DNA of 60,831 nucleotides. Origin: Bacteroidota bacterium (GTDB taxonomy: Bacteria > Bacteroidota > Bacteroidia > Bacteroidales > UBA12481). The stretch lies in NCBI GenBank assembly GCA_034658635.1, contig JAYEFL010000334.1, positions 1-60,831 on the forward strand. The letters are read 5' to 3'. Below are positions 59,869 through 60,831 of the stretch, piece by piece. Under the pieces are notes generated by a model. It saw only the letters and a program-made list of their open reading frames with translations. It had not been told where the DNA came from and did no database searches. The position numbers were made by a program, and so were the translations under genes. How positions within the stretch are numbered: the first letter of the stretch is position 1; the number at the start of each line of letters is the position of its first letter.

Positions 59869-60831
59869 ATGGATTTTAACCTAACTGAAGAACAAATTAT
59901 GATCAGGGATGCAGCACGCGATTATGCTCAGCGCGAGCTCATTCAGGATGTCATTGAGCGTGACCGGGAAGCCCGGTTTCCTGAGAAACATGTAAAAGCC
60001 CTGGCTGAACTGGGTTTTATGGGTATGATGGTCGACCCTAAATACGATGGGGGAGGAATGGATACGGTATCATATGTACTTGCAATGGAGGAAATTAGCA
60101 AGATTGATTCCGCTGTTGGAGTGATTATGTCTGTTAATAATTCACTGGTTTGTTGGGGGTTAGAGACTTATGGTACAGAGGCACAAAAAGAAAAATATCT
60201 AAAACCGCTGGCTAGGGGAGAAATACTGGGAGCTTTTCTGCTTTCAGAACCTGAAGCCGGATCAGATGCTACTTCTCAAAGAACAACTGCTGAAGACAAA
60301 GGAGATCATTATTTAGTGAATGGAACAAAAAACTGGATTACCAACGGTAACAGTGCTTCGGTGTATCTGGTTACAACTCAGACCCATAAGGAGCTAGGAC
60401 ATCGAGGTATCAATGCCCTCATTATAGAAAAAGATTCTCCTGGCGTGAGTATTGGTCCACATGAAGAAAAAATGGGAATGAGGAGCTCTGATACGCATTC
60501 GGTTATGTTTACCGATGTGAAAGTGCCAAAAGAGAATCGGATTGGTGATGATGGTTTTGGATTTAAATTTGCCATGAAGACTCTGGATGGAGGAAGAATA
60601 GGTATAGCTTCCCAAGCCCTCGGTATTGCTGCTGGTGCATTTGAAAGATCTGTGAAGTATGCCCAGGAAAGAAAAGCTTTTGGTAAGCCGATCGCTTTTC
60701 ACCAGGCCATTGGTTTTAAGTTGTCTGATATGGCTGTGAAGGTTGAAGCTGCCAGGTTCTTTTGCCTGAAAGCTGCATGGCTGAAAGATCAGGGGAAGCC
60801 ATATAGTGTAGCAAGCGCTATGGCTAAGCAA
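59869..60831 (+). CDS. Acyl-CoA dehydrogenase (short-chain/butyryl-CoA type), truncated by window end; absent from the supplied ORF track
   Basis: Manual translation MDFNLTEEQIMIRDAARDYAQ..., with LSEPEAGSDA, NGTKNWITNG, KMGMRSSDT, LDGGRIGIASQALG, RKAFGKPI. Confidence 0.93.
   Translation, partial: MDFNLTEEQIMIRDAARDYAQRELIQDVIERDREARFPEKHVKALAELGFMGMMVDPKYDGGGMDTVSYVLAMEEISKIDSAVGVIMSVNNSLVCWGLETYGTEAQKEKYLKPLARGEILGAFLLSEPEAGSDATSQRTTAEDKGDHYLVNGTKNWITNGNSASVYLVTTQTHKELGHRGINALIIEKDSPGVSIGPHEEKMGMRSSDTHSVMFTDVKVPKENRIGDDGFGFKFAMKTLDGGRIGIASQALGIAAGAFERSVKYAQERKAFGKPIAFHQAIGFKLSDMAVKVEAARFFCLKAAWLKDQGKPYSVASAMAKQ

Noticed and set aside
60378-60831. Minus-strand ORFs of 65 and 145 aa
   Set aside because: They are shadows of the plus-strand acyl-CoA dehydrogenase. 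Other short nested ORFs in the track were dismissed on the same grounds.

Overview
About 61 kb of mostly core chromosome from a Bacteroidota bacterium, probably Bacteroidales or Marinilabiliales-like. The evidence is repeated TAnnTTTG -7 promoter boxes, A/T-rich starts without Shine-Dalgarno sites, a T9SS-type cargo protein, and DUF6089/Porin_10-type outer-membrane proteins. The window opens with the 3' end of an rRNA operon (23S 3' part, 5S). It carries housekeeping genes (valS, glnA-type GS, nadC, der, era, glmM, secDF, tatA, mutS, tag), three tRNAs (Gly-GCC, Leu-TAA, Phe-GAA), a MacAB-TolC-like efflux trio without its own ATPase, and ends in an acyl-CoA cluster (crotonase, atypical hydroxyacyl-CoA dehydrogenase, SCP2-type thiolase, truncated acyl-CoA dehydrogenase). 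The standout is an intact, translationally coupled gatE-gatD pair (3124-6488). This is the heterodimeric Glu-tRNA(Gln) amidotransferase regarded in textbooks as archaea-specific. Here it sits in a bacterial operon behind a LolE-like permease, in gatE-gatD order, with no mobile-element scars and with divergent, partly GatB-like motifs. Secondary oddities are A.C mismatches in the acceptor stems of two adjacent tRNA genes, short tandem repeats starting at stop codons or just after a tRNA end, two REP-like elements, a stand-alone Hyg5-type chorismatase-like gene, and a papain-fold secreted protease with a Ca-binding-like insert. No CRISPR array, integrase or transposase was seen. All family calls come from motif recognition by eye, not database searches.
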